Part shown: piece by piece, positions 8,396 through 17,148 of the stretch
How positions within the stretch are numbered: the first letter of the stretch is position 1
How the letters are laid out: every line of letters starts with the position of its first letter
Assembly (NCBI RefSeq): GCF_000010625.1
Contig: NC_010296.1
Coordinates: 90,001 to 122,000, forward strand
Source of the DNA: Microcystis aeruginosa NIES-843
GTDB taxonomy: Bacteria > Cyanobacteriota > Cyanobacteriia > Cyanobacteriales > Microcystaceae
Direction of reading: 5' to 3'
Length of the DNA stretch: 32,000 bases
Translations under genes and position numbers: made by a program
The notes under the pieces: model-generated
What the model was told of the DNA's origin: nothing
The model's input: only the letters and a program-made list of their open reading frames with translations
Database searches by the model: none

Positions 8396-9133
8396 CTAAT
8401 CATCTCGTTTGGCATCATGATAAGCCGCCCCGAGGTATAATTCCCCTACTTTCGGGTTATTGAGTAAATCTTGACCCGATCCCTGAAAACGATCTTGACC
8501 ACTTTCTAAAACATAACCTCGATCGGACATCATTAGGGCTTTTTTGGCATTCTGTTCCACTAAAATAATTGCAGTTCCCGTCTGATTAATCGCTTTTATC
8601 TGTTCAAAAACGCTGGTTACTAAGATAGGAGATAAAGCTGCCGAAGGTTCATCGAGAATTAATAAATCTGGTTCCAACATCAGCGCTCGTCCCATGGCTA
8701 ACATCTGTCTTTCTCCTCCGGATAAAGTGCCAGCTTTCTGACGACGGCGCTCAAGCAAACGGGGAAACATGGCATAAATGCGCTCTTTTAGCGGTTTAAT
8801 CGCTTTTTTACTGGTAAAAGCCCCCATTTCCAGATTTTCCTCGATGCTCAGGGACGGAAAAACATTAGCAATTTGGGGAACATAACCCATTCCGAGGGGA
8901 ACGATTTGATTAGATTTCCAACCGGCGATATTTTGTCCCTTAAAAGTGATAGTTCCAGCACTGGGTTTTAATAAACCAAAAATCGTCTTAGCGAGGGTAG
9001 ATTTTCCCGCACCATTGGGACCGATAACCGTGACTAATTCCCCCGGTGCAATGCGAAAGTTAACCCCTTGCAATATGTATAAATCCTGCACATAACCAGC
9101 ATAAACTTGTTCAACTTCTAAAAGATAATCCAT
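8396..9133 (-). CDS. ABC transporter ATP-binding protein, LivF/NatE-like (branched-chain/neutral amino-acid type)
   Basis: It has Walker A GPNGAGKST, signature LSGGERQ and Walker B LLILDEPS, with an N-terminus MDYLLEVEQVYAGY typical of LivF. I chose the start at the ATG 9131-9133 because the upstream 43 codons of the track ORF run through heptamer repeats. Confidence 0.85.
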   Translation of the reverse strand: MDYLLEVEQVYAGYVQDLYILQGVNFRIAPGELVTVIGPNGAGKSTLAKTIFGLLKPSAGTITFKGQNIAGWKSNQIVPLGMGYVPQIANVFPSLSIEENLEMGAFTSKKAIKPLKERIYAMFPRLLERRRQKAGTLSGGERQMLAMGRALMLEPDLLILDEPSAALSPILVTSVFEQIKAINQTGTAIILVEQNAKKALMMSDRGYVLESGQDRFQGSGQDLLNNPKVGELYLGAAYHDAKRDD

Positions 9134-9165
9134 GGTAAGGTAAAAAGGAGATAGCAGACAGTAAT

Positions 9166-9275
9166 ATGAATTATGAATTATGAATTGGGAAGTGGGAAGC
9201 ATTTTCAGTGAACAGTAATCAGTGAACTGAAAACTCACATCTGATAACTGATAACTGATCACTGATAACTGATAA
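9166..9275. repeat. Cluster of heptamer short tandem repeats (STRR-type): (ATGAATT)x3, (GGGAAGY)x2, (CTGATAA)-type x5
   Basis: Read directly: atgaatt x3 at 9166-9186, gggaagt/gggaagc at 9187-9200, and ctgataa/ctgatca units at 9241-9275. Confidence 0.9.
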
Positions 9276-9471
9276 ATGGTTCTTCGTTACTTGGTATGGT
9301 TCGATAGGGGGTCATAAATCGACTAAATCCTTATCTGGTAAGAGACTTAATTGATTAGTTCGCTCTAGATCAAAAATAATTGACAAAAATCGCTAAATGC
9401 CTTTCTATATAAGGGTTCCATCCCTTATAACCCCCGTCCATTGCATAACAATTACCGAAGAGCCTGATAAA

Positions 9472-9696
9472 TTAGGGAGTTTTTTGTAAATCGGGACGTT
9501 CTTGTGGCAGAATTGCACCTTCGACGGGGCATACTTGAAGACAGATACCACAGTCGATACAAGTGGCAAAATCAATCCAATACCAATCGGTTCCCTTAAC
9601 ATTTTTACCCGGTCCGGGATGGATGCAAGCAACAGGACAAGCGGAAACGCAATCGGCAACCCCTTCACAAGTTCCAGTGACGATCGAATGTGGCAC
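9472..9696 (-). CDS. 2x[4Fe-4S]-type ferredoxin family protein
   Basis: The Cys clusters are CEGVADCVSACP and CIDCGICLQVCP. The GTG start at 9694-9696 is preceded by GAGGAG (rc of 9700-9710) and gives an N-terminus MPHSIVTGTCEG. An upstream ATG at 9721-9723 is the alternative start. Confidence 0.8.
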   Translation of the reverse strand: MPHSIVTGTCEGVADCVSACPVACIHPGPGKNVKGTDWYWIDFATCIDCGICLQVCPVEGAILPQERPDLQKTP

Positions 9697-9791
9697 AGTG
9701 TTTTCTCCTCTAATTCTTAACATTACTTTACCACTTTTAGGCCCTGCCGTGCCAGGATCGGATCATTGTTAGGAAACTTTCTCTTAATTCC

Positions 9792-11477
9792 CTAAAATAT
9801 TGGGAGTTTTTTCTTGATCTTAGCAAGAAGTAAAATAGAAGTTTTCGATAGGGTTTTTACTATTCCCTTACGGGAGGACAAATAGTTAATTTCTTCCCGT
9901 AATTCCTGATTATTTTTCTGGAGATAGTTATGATTATTATCTAATTCTTTTAGGGATATTCCCATCCCTTGCATAGTATGATAATCTTGCTGTTGTTTCA
10001 GATACATTGTCTGTTGTGCTTCCTGTAATTTTCTTAACTCTAACCAGACTTGATGCTGACTTGATTCGTTCCCTTCACTGAGCGCATACCAGAGAAAATT
10101 ACTGATTTCTTCCGCTATTTTTTGATTAACTTCAAAAAGCTCGATAATATCAATTTTTTCGGGGTTAATTTTCGGGTATGACTTTCTTAAGTCTTGGGCG
10201 ATATCAGAGGAAAAAGCGATGATTCTAGAAGCGGATAAAATTGCATAGTGTTTTTCTAAATCCACTGTTAAATTGCCGTTTTTTTGTTGTAGTTCAGAAG
10301 CAAGTAAAAGTAGAGAAGGAGTGTTTAAGGGACTGGTATAAAAAGTGGAAATAAATAAATTTGCCTGTAGGCGATCGCAAATAGCTTGAATTTTTCTGGC
10401 ATCCTTTCCCGTGCAATTATAATCGTAGGATTCCGCAGGCCAATATTTAAATTCTTCCCATCTTGGTGCGGTGTTATTTCTATCTAAAATAACAATGTGT
10501 TGACTAAATTCTAATTGACTCCAATGCTCTAGAATTGAAGACCAAATTCTGGCTAATTTTCGTTGCTCAAGTTGAAAGATCACGCCATCAATAACAATAA
10601 TTGGGCATCTTTTCCGGGAGATAGCTTGAATTGTTTGTAATTTTTCTCGCTCATCTTCCTGTAAAATTATGCCTAAATCTTCCATCTTAACTGGATTGGG
10701 TTTAATTTCTATATCCTTAATGTCTGGGTGGGGAATTTTATAGATTTTACACACTTGATAATGTTCCTGTAATGCTTGACCATTACTGCCATGTTCTAAG
10801 CCTTGGAGATTTAAATAATATAACCCTAAAATCTCAGGAATTAAAGCCATTTTTTCGCCTTGAATGCCGATTCTTAACCAAAATTCGTAATCACCGGCAC
10901 AGCGAAAATTTTCCTGAAAATAACCATATTTATCGTGCAGCATTTTTCGCCACATTGGTTGAGAACCCACACAACAACCTTGACGCATCTGTTGATAGGA
11001 GTAATTTGGCCAATTCCAATGTTTTAAAGCTGGGGTGGTGGCAAAAGTATCATTTTTGAGGGTGGTAATTAATTGATCGGCATAAACTAAACTAATCTCT
11101 CTATTGTTATCTAGATAATTAGCCATAATTTCCAGAGCATTAAAACAGCGACGATCATCAGTATTCCCATTGGTGATATAGGAACCCCTAGCTAGTTTAA
11201 TAGCACGATTCCAAGCGCGGTAGAGGGTTTCTCGTTCTCTAGTTCTCTGGTAAATAATATTAGGATAATTTTCTTGAAACTCTTGAATAATCTCCCCTTC
11301 ATTCTCCGGAGAAGCACTATCGATAATAATAAGTTCTACTTCTCCCTTTTCATAAAGAGTTTGAGTAACTAAATCCTCTAGACAACCCCAGATAAACTCT
11401 GCTGATTTATAGGTAGAAACAATTACAGAAACTTTGATCCTCTGCACTGGTATAGAGTTATTAAAACTAGGATTCAT
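9792..11477 (-). CDS. Multidomain glycosyltransferase: N-terminal GT2 (GT-A) domain, a half GT-B-like region and a coiled-coil tail
   Basis: The GT2 signatures are VSVIVSTYKSAEF...ELIIIDSASPENEG. The middle region IVIDGVIFQL...LFISTFYTSP resembles the N-terminal Rossmann half of GT-B enzymes. I prefer the ATG at 11475-11477 over the track TTG at 11495. Confidence 0.7.
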   Translation of the reverse strand: MNPSFNNSIPVQRIKVSVIVSTYKSAEFIWGCLEDLVTQTLYEKGEVELIIIDSASPENEGEIIQEFQENYPNIIYQRTRERETLYRAWNRAIKLARGSYITNGNTDDRRCFNALEIMANYLDNNREISLVYADQLITTLKNDTFATTPALKHWNWPNYSYQQMRQGCCVGSQPMWRKMLHDKYGYFQENFRCAGDYEFWLRIGIQGEKMALIPEILGLYYLNLQGLEHGSNGQALQEHYQVCKIYKIPHPDIKDIEIKPNPVKMEDLGIILQEDEREKLQTIQAISRKRCPIIVIDGVIFQLEQRKLARIWSSILEHWSQLEFSQHIVILDRNNTAPRWEEFKYWPAESYDYNCTGKDARKIQAICDRLQANLFISTFYTSPLNTPSLLLLASELQQKNGNLTVDLEKHYAILSASRIIAFSSDIAQDLRKSYPKINPEKIDIIELFEVNQKIAEEISNFLWYALSEGNESSQHQVWLELRKLQEAQQTMYLKQQQDYHTMQGMGISLKELDNNHNYLQKNNQELREEINYLSSRKGIVKTLSKTSILLLAKIKKKLPIF

Positions 11478-11674
11478 CGGCTTATCTGATCGCAATTCAA
11501 GACAGGGAAATTTTTTGATAATTTTGAAAAAGAAGATTTTAAGACTCTATATTTGATCGGGAGAATTGTCAAGATGTTATCGACTCTTATTGAAGATACC
11601 AGTTTATTTACCTTTTGCTTGTTACTTGACATAATAAAAAACTATAATGGGAAGGCTGTGGAAAATGAGCAACA

Positions 11675-12892
11675 ATGACCGTATCTTCCTCCCTAGACTG
11701 GCTAACCCGTGGCACCAGTGACCTATTCCCCCATCAACCCGACTCCCAAGATCCTAGGGAAAATTTAACCCAACTACTGCAAACTACCGATCGCCCTTTA
11801 AGAATTAAACTAGGTATTGACCCCACCGGCAGCGATATTCACCTAGGCCATAGTATCCCTTTTCGGAAACTGCGTGCTTTCCAGGATGCCGGTCATGTAG
11901 CAGTGGTGATTATTGGTGATTTTACCGCTAGAATCGGCGATCCGACGGGAAAATCGGAAGTTAGAAAACAATTGACGAGCGAAGAAGTGAGAGCCAATGC
12001 CGAGAATTATCTGGCACAATTACGCCCAATTTTAGATTTTAACACGCCTAATCGCCTAGAAATTCGCTATAACTCGGAATGGTTGGGGAAATTAGACCTA
12101 TCGCAAATTCTCGAACTTCTCTCCACCATGACTGTCGGGCAAATGTTGGCAAAAGAAGGCTTTTCCGAACGCTACGACCAGGAAAAACCGATTTTTCTCC
12201 ATGAATTTCTTTATCCCTTAATGCAGGGTTATGATTCCGTAGCTGTCGAGGCCGATGTCGAATTGGGAGGAACTGATCAAAAATTTAATATTGTCGTCGG
12301 TCGCGATTTACAGAAATATTTCGGCAAAACACCGCAATTCGGGCTACTTTTACCGATTTTAATCGGAACCGATGGCAGTCAAAAAATGTCCAAATCCCTG
12401 AATAATTATGTGGGATTGCGGGAATCGGCCCTGTCCATGTACTCGAAACTGGAAAAAACCCCCGACGCTTTGTTAAAAGATTATTACGAACTATTGACAA
12501 ATTTGCCCTTAGATGCTATGGCGAGCAATCCGCGGGAGGCACAAAAACAACTGGCGATCGAGGTAGTTGCCCAGTTTCACGGGAAAGAGGAGGCATTAAA
12601 AGCACAAAAAACGGCGCAGGAGATAGTTCTACAGGGAAATACAGCGGCCGCTGCTTCTGTACCCGAATTTTCCCTCGCGGCGGTCACTTTTCCCCTGAAA
12701 TTATTCTATCTCCTCTCGGCCACTGGCTTATGTAAAAGTAGCGGCGAAGGGAGAAGACAGATTCAGGGGGGTGCGGTGAGGATCGATAGTGAGAAAATCA
12801 CCGATGTGGACAAAAGTTTTGAGACAGCCGAAGCTTTAACCGGAAAAGTCCTACAGGTGGGCAAAAATAAATTTATTCGCTTTGTAGCTTAA
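11675..12892 (+). CDS. tyrS: Tyrosine--tRNA ligase
   Basis: The class I motifs are HIGH-type (DIHLGHS) and KMSKS (KMSKSLNN). A C-terminal S4-like RNA-binding domain is present ([11 protein letters not shown]). Confidence 0.95.
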   Translation: MTVSSSLDWLTRGTSDLFPHQPDSQDPRENLTQLLQTTDRPLRIKLGIDPTGSDIHLGHSIPFRKLRAFQDAGHVAVVIIGDFTARIGDPTGKSEVRKQLTSEEVRANAENYLAQLRPILDFNTPNRLEIRYNSEWLGKLDLSQILELLSTMTVGQMLAKEGFSERYDQEKPIFLHEFLYPLMQGYDSVAVEADVELGGTDQKFNIVVGRDLQKYFGKTPQFGLLLPILIGTDGSQKMSKSLNNYVGLRESALSMYSKLEKTPDALLKDYYELLTNLPLDAMASNPREAQKQLAIEVVAQFHGKEEALKAQKTAQEIVLQGNTAAAASVPEFSLAAVTFPLKLFYLLSATGLCKSSGEGRRQIQGGAVRIDSEKITDVDKSFETAEALTGKVLQVGKNKFIRFVA

Positions 12893-12908
12893 ATAAGCGA
12901 AAAAGTCC

Positions 12909-13145
12909 CTATTCGGCGGCTTTTTCCAGGATTTCTAACTCAAAATCTCGAAAATGGGCTTTAAACTTTTTACTGAACTCGACGAGGACGGGTAGGTTGG
13001 CGCTAACCGGCCTACCACGCCATTCGGTGACAATCCCTTTCACCTCTCCCTCTAGTCCTTTCACGTCAAAAGGATCCGATTTGTGTTCAGGATGGTGATA
13101 AACTACCACAGACTCAATTACACGAACTCGATCGCCAACTTTCAT
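12909..13145 (-). CDS. ftrV: Ferredoxin-thioredoxin reductase variable subunit
   Basis: MKVGDRVRV...VVVYHHPEHK...PVSANLPVLVEF...FKAHF closely matches my recollection of the cyanobacterial FtrV sequence pattern. Confidence 0.85.
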   Translation of the reverse strand: MKVGDRVRVIESVVVYHHPEHKSDPFDVKGLEGEVKGIVTEWRGRPVSANLPVLVEFSKKFKAHFRDFELEILEKAAE

Positions 13146-13377
13146 AAACTCTCTAGCGAAGACAAACGCCTATTGTATCTTTGAAAACAATCTTATCATT
13201 CTACGCCGTATCAGGGAACGGGGAACTGAAAACTCTTAAGATTGAAACCTAGAGCCTGAGCTTTTTTCTCCAGATAACGGAGGCAGGGGGCAGGAGGCAG
13301 GGGGCTGACGGCTAAAAAACTGATAACTGCTCACTGATTTGATAGCATGGGGGAAAACCTATAGAGGGTTAAGCGGT

Positions 13378-14208
13378 ATGAGTGACTATAAAAATTCTTC
13401 TTCCATGCGCTATTTCCTGGCGGGATTAAAACCCTTTGCCCAACCTTTATTTTGGCTACCGTTAGGAATATTTTCCTTGGCTCTAATTGGTTTGTGGGTA
13501 TATCAACAGAATCCTGAATGGTTGGGTTCGGTATTAGATACCCCAGGAATGTCCTTGGAGGAGCGGGAAATCAGGGCTAACCAGATTACCGATACTCCTC
13601 TCCCCACTGCTGTACCATTGCCGGCCATTCCTGCCCATAATAATACCGCTCGCCTGAACAAACCGGCCTCGACGCAGCCTTTTGACCCTTTAAATACTAA
13701 TCCCGATAACAACCAGAAACCCTCTTTGTTCACCCCGTTAATGCCGCAGCCTAAGCAAAATCAGGCTCCGAAGGCTAGTAAAAGTCTGCAACCGATTCAA
13801 GTGCGACCGATTAGTGGCGACACTAGCAATTATCCTTTACAAAGGGAAATCGAAAATCGCTCGCGGACTAATAACTGGAATAATTTTCCTAATCCCAACC
13901 CCGGGGGCAGCCCGAATCAAGTCAACCCCCAGGGAAATTATTCCCCTGAGCAACAAAATGTTCAGGCCCTACCCTCCCGGAATAATGCCAACCCTAACCC
14001 CGTCCCCGGCTCTAGCAACCAATCCAACTATTATCAACCCCCCGTATATCAGGCCCCCGTCTACGGCAGTCAACCTAACGTCACTGGTTATCCCAATCAG
14101 GGAATGCCACCTAACAATAATGGCACCCCCAATCAAGTTCCACCTCAAAGTATTAACCGAGGTTTCTCCATCCAACAACCCATTAATACCAGGTCTTCTG
14201 GTTACTAG
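13378..14208 (+). CDS. Hypothetical membrane-anchored Pro/Asn/Gln-rich low-complexity protein
   Basis: The ATG is at 13378. One N-terminal hydrophobic helix (LFWLPLGIFSLALIGLWVY) is followed by about 200 aa rich in P, N and Q. Confidence 0.5.
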   Translation: MSDYKNSSSMRYFLAGLKPFAQPLFWLPLGIFSLALIGLWVYQQNPEWLGSVLDTPGMSLEEREIRANQITDTPLPTAVPLPAIPAHNNTARLNKPASTQPFDPLNTNPDNNQKPSLFTPLMPQPKQNQAPKASKSLQPIQVRPISGDTSNYPLQREIENRSRTNNWNNFPNPNPGGSPNQVNPQGNYSPEQQNVQALPSRNNANPNPVPGSSNQSNYYQPPVYQAPVYGSQPNVTGYPNQGMPPNNNGTPNQVPPQSINRGFSIQQPINTRSSGY

Positions 14209-14219
14209 AGGAACTTAGA

Positions 14220-14417
14220 TAGGGTTTGCTGAATAAATCTAAAAACCTTGTTGGATAATATTTTTAGACTTTTTTGAAATCAAAAAGTACCAGCGATTGG
14301 AGTGATTGGGGGGAAAATTCCGGGACTTTTTCCCTGAAAATTAGGTAATTGACCGCCTGAAAATGGGTAAAACCCTACACCCTACCCCCACCAACAAACT
14401 TTTTGCCGCAAACCCTA
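14220..14417 (-). mobile_element. MITE family copy B (~198 bp, heptamer array degenerate)
   Basis: It aligns by eye along its length with the reverse complement of copy A (tagggtttgctgaataaatctaaaaaccttgttgg...ttttgccgcaaacccta). Confidence 0.8.
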
Positions 14418-15305
14418 GATAGGAGCTTGTAGGAAGTCTAATAAAATCGGATTAACTATTTCTGGGGCCTCGTCCTGGGGACAGTGGCCTAAACCGGCTA
14501 AGGGGATAAACTGTTTTACTGTCGGGAATCGTGCTAATTCTTGGCCCAAGGCCAAGGGCTCCCAGGGATCTTCGCTACCCCAAAGCAGAATCGCCCGACA
14601 GGGGAGAATCGGCAGTAGGTCTTCTGGCAGCGGGCCGCCAGAATAAGCGGTAAAAGCGAGGAAAACCTCGATCGCTCCCTGATCTCTGGCGGGTTTTAGG
14701 ATTATTTCTACTAATTCCTCCGTTACCGCTTCCGAGCGCCGATAAGCTTGCAGGAGAATTTTACGCACTGTCTGGGGTTTAGCGATCTGTTGGAAGAAAA
14801 AAGCCCCAATTGCCTTATTTTTTAGAATTATTTGGGCAAAATCTGCGCCTAAACGACGATACCATGGTAATTCCCCCCGTTTTCTTTCGTGCAGTAGTCT
14901 GAGGGAACAATTGATCGCCGCTACCCCAAGGACAAAATCGGGATAATCGACGGCAGCCTGCATGATGGCCACACAACCGATGGAATTACCCGCCAAAAAA
15001 GCAGGACCCCCCACCACTTCCCGACAAAAATCGGCAATTTGCGCCCCCCAAGTCTCGAAAGTGTAATCGATCTCGTTTTTCGGTTCGGGTTTGTCGGAAC
15101 CGCCAAAACCAATTAAATCTAGGGCAAAACAGCGACATTTTTCGCCTAAAACGGGGATATTTTTCCGCCAATGTCCCCAAGATGCCCCAAATCCATGCAC
15201 AAGCACGATCGCAGGTCCCGTCTCCCCCGCACTCTGATAGGTGATTTTGAATCCCCGCCAATGCCAGATTTTTGGTTGTGTCTCTAATCCTAGAATTTGC
15301 TGCAT
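14415..15305 (-). CDS. Alpha/beta-fold hydrolase
   Basis: The oxyanion region is VLVHGFGAS and the nucleophile elbow is GNSIGC. The C-terminal HCPQDE supplies the catalytic His. Confidence 0.85.
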   Translation of the reverse strand: MQQILGLETQPKIWHWRGFKITYQSAGETGPAIVLVHGFGASWGHWRKNIPVLGEKCRCFALDLIGFGGSDKPEPKNEIDYTFETWGAQIADFCREVVGGPAFLAGNSIGCVAIMQAAVDYPDFVLGVAAINCSLRLLHERKRGELPWYRRLGADFAQIILKNKAIGAFFFQQIAKPQTVRKILLQAYRRSEAVTEELVEIILKPARDQGAIEVFLAFTAYSGGPLPEDLLPILPCRAILLWGSEDPWEPLALGQELARFPTVKQFIPLAGLGHCPQDEAPEIVNPILLDFLQAPI

Positions 15306-15363
15306 ATTTTTGTTTATCTGTAAAGTATTTGTTGCTTTTCTTAATATATACTGTCAGGTTAAG

Positions 15364-15589
15364 TAGGGTCTGCTGAATAAATCTAAAAACCTTGTTGGAT
15401 AAGACTTTTGGACTTTTTTCCCCTCAAAAAGTGCCAGCCATTGCGGGGATCGGGGGGAAAATTCCTGGACTTTTTCCCTGAAAATTAGGTAGTTGACCAC
15501 CTGAAAATCGATAAAACCCCACACCCCACACCCCACACCCCACACCCCACACCCTGCCACCACCGAAAAGCTTTTTGCCGCAAACCCTA
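15364..15589 (-). mobile_element. MITE family copy C (~226 bp) with (CCCCACA)x5
   Basis: It has the same ends and core as copies A and B. The heptamer array spans 15517-15554. Confidence 0.8.
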
Positions 15590-15663
15590 AGTAGCGGCTA
15601 GGAGAATGGGAAGTGGGCTGTTAAAGTTCGATCGGGAGTTAATCATACTATTTAAAAGGGATT

Positions 15664-15672
15664 TGGTATAAT
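15664..15672 (+). promoter_or_regulatory. Candidate extended -10 promoter (TGgTATAAT) upstream of the ATPase gene
   Basis: tggtataat lies at 15664-15672, about 120 nt upstream of the ATG at 15793. It is followed by the hairpin ggcgtttt-ttg-aaaacgtc (15685-15703). Confidence 0.3.
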
Positions 15673-15792
15673 ACAGTGTCTATAGGCGTTTTTTGAAAAC
15701 GTCTGCCAAAATTTCTAGCTTCAACGCCTCGATCCTCTCAAGTTATGAGTAGTAGAGTGCGTCTAAGTTTAATCGCTTGCTCCCGGGAAATT

Positions 15793-17148
15793 ATGAGAAT
15801 TAAACAAATTACAGTTAAGCATCTTTTTGGCATATTTGACCATACAATTAATCTCAATATGGAGGAAAGAATAACTATTATTCATGGTAAAAATGGCTTT
15901 GGTAAAACCTCAATACTGCGATTGGTCAATGGCTTTTTTAACTTAAAGTATTCAGATATAAGAGCTATTCCTTTTCAAAAATTTACTATAATTTTTGACG
16001 ATAACAGCTTTGTGGATGTTGTCAAAGCTTCCACCAGTAAGAATAAAAAAAGTAATGTAAGACCAGAGATTGATTTTAATTTTACTTCCTCCGATCAAAA
16101 AGAAAAACTGACTTTTTCTCCTAATTTACTAGACGGGAGAAAAATCCCTTTACTGACCGGCATGATAGCTGATGTCATACCCGGTTTAGATAGAGTTGGA
16201 TCAGAAAAATGGCTCTATACCCCCACAAAAGAAATTCTGGATTTAGAAGATATTTATGAACGATTTGGAGAATATTTACCAAAGCAATTCCAGCAAGAAT
16301 ATCCTGATTGGTTAAATAAAATTCGAGACTCTATTAATGTTCGTTTTATTGAATCACAACGTCTATTAGATATTTCCAATAGTGCCAAAAATGGCAGAAC
16401 TATAAGGATGCCGATGACATTGTACTCTGTGGCCAGCTATTCTGAAGATTTAGCAGAAAATATTCAAACTAAATTAGCAGAGTATGGACAACTATCTCAA
16501 ACTTTAGACCGAACCTTTCCAGCGAGAGTTGTACAAAAAAAGGCATCATTGACCGATGATGAACTAAGGGAAAAAATTGATCAACTTGAAAGCGAAAGAA
16601 ATCAATTAATTAGTGCAGGACTATTGAAAAAAGATGAAGATTCTAACTTCCAAGTTAAAGATAGTATTGATGATAGCACCAGAAAGTTATTATCGGTTTA
16701 TATTGAGGATGTAGATAAAAAGCTCAATGTATTCAATGACATTTATCCTAAAGTAGAGCTATTTAAAAATATAATTAATAAAAAATATTCTTTCAAAAGT
16801 GTTACTATTGATCAAAGCAAAGGGTTTATCTTCACTACCCAGGAAGGGGAGGTTTTATCGCCAACAGATTTATCTTCTGGGGAACAGCACGAATTAGTAA
16901 TTTTATATGAATTGTTATTTAAAGTTAAACCTAATACTTTGATCTTAATTGATAAACCAGAAATGTCACTTCATATTTCATGGCAGCAGGAATTTTTAAA
17001 AGATTTACAGGAAATCACGAAACTTTCCGGGTTAGATATTTTGATGGCTACCCATTCTCCTGATATTATTAATGATCGTTGGGATTTGACAGTTGAATTA
17101 GAGAAACCAAAGCAAAAAAGCAAAGATGAGAGAACAGATAACACCTGA
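15793..17148 (+). CDS. ariA: ABC-type/AAA_15-21-like ATPase, AriA-like (PARIS system ATPase component)
   Basis: It has Walker A GKNGFGKTS (15886-15912), ABC signature LSSGEQ (16870-16887), Walker B LILIDKPE (D at 16951-16953) and H-loop ATHSPD, with a coiled-coil-like insert between the lobes. I prefer the start at the ATG 15793 (MRIKQITVKHLFG) over the track ATG at 15745. Confidence 0.75.
   Translation: MRIKQITVKHLFGIFDHTINLNMEERITIIHGKNGFGKTSILRLVNGFFNLKYSDIRAIPFQKFTIIFDDNSFVDVVKASTSKNKKSNVRPEIDFNFTSSDQKEKLTFSPNLLDGRKIPLLTGMIADVIPGLDRVGSEKWLYTPTKEILDLEDIYERFGEYLPKQFQQEYPDWLNKIRDSINVRFIESQRLLDISNSAKNGRTIRMPMTLYSVASYSEDLAENIQTKLAEYGQLSQTLDRTFPARVVQKKASLTDDELREKIDQLESERNQLISAGLLKKDEDSNFQVKDSIDDSTRKLLSVYIEDVDKKLNVFNDIYPKVELFKNIINKKYSFKSVTIDQSKGFIFTTQEGEVLSPTDLSSGEQHELVILYELLFKVKPNTLILIDKPEMSLHISWQQEFLKDLQEITKLSGLDILMATHSPDIINDRWDLTVELEKPKQKSKDERTDNT

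Noticed and set aside
9134-9262. 43-codon N-terminal extension of the ABC ATPase ORF
   Set aside because: It runs through heptamer STRR repeats, and the canonical LivF N-terminus begins at the ATG 9131-9133.
9405-9772. ORFs 9405-9668 (-), 9502-9720 (+) and 9563-9772 (+)
   Set aside because: They overlap the ferredoxin gene, whose frame alone carries the two CxxCxxCxxxCP-type clusters.
13503-14218. ORFs 13503-13733 (-), 13814-14218 (+) and 13969-14178 (-)
   Set aside because: These alternative frames are kept open by the P/N/Q compositional bias. Only the 13378-14208 frame has a start plus a signal-anchor helix.
14921-15261. Minus-strand ORFs 14921-15112 and 14986-15261
   Set aside because: They are out-of-frame overlaps within the alpha/beta hydrolase gene.
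15354-15563. 69-aa minus-strand ORF (MVAGCGVWGVGCGVWG...)
   Set aside because: It lies entirely inside MITE copy C, and its Gly/Cys/Val/Trp repeats are just the translation of the (CCCCACA)n heptamer array.
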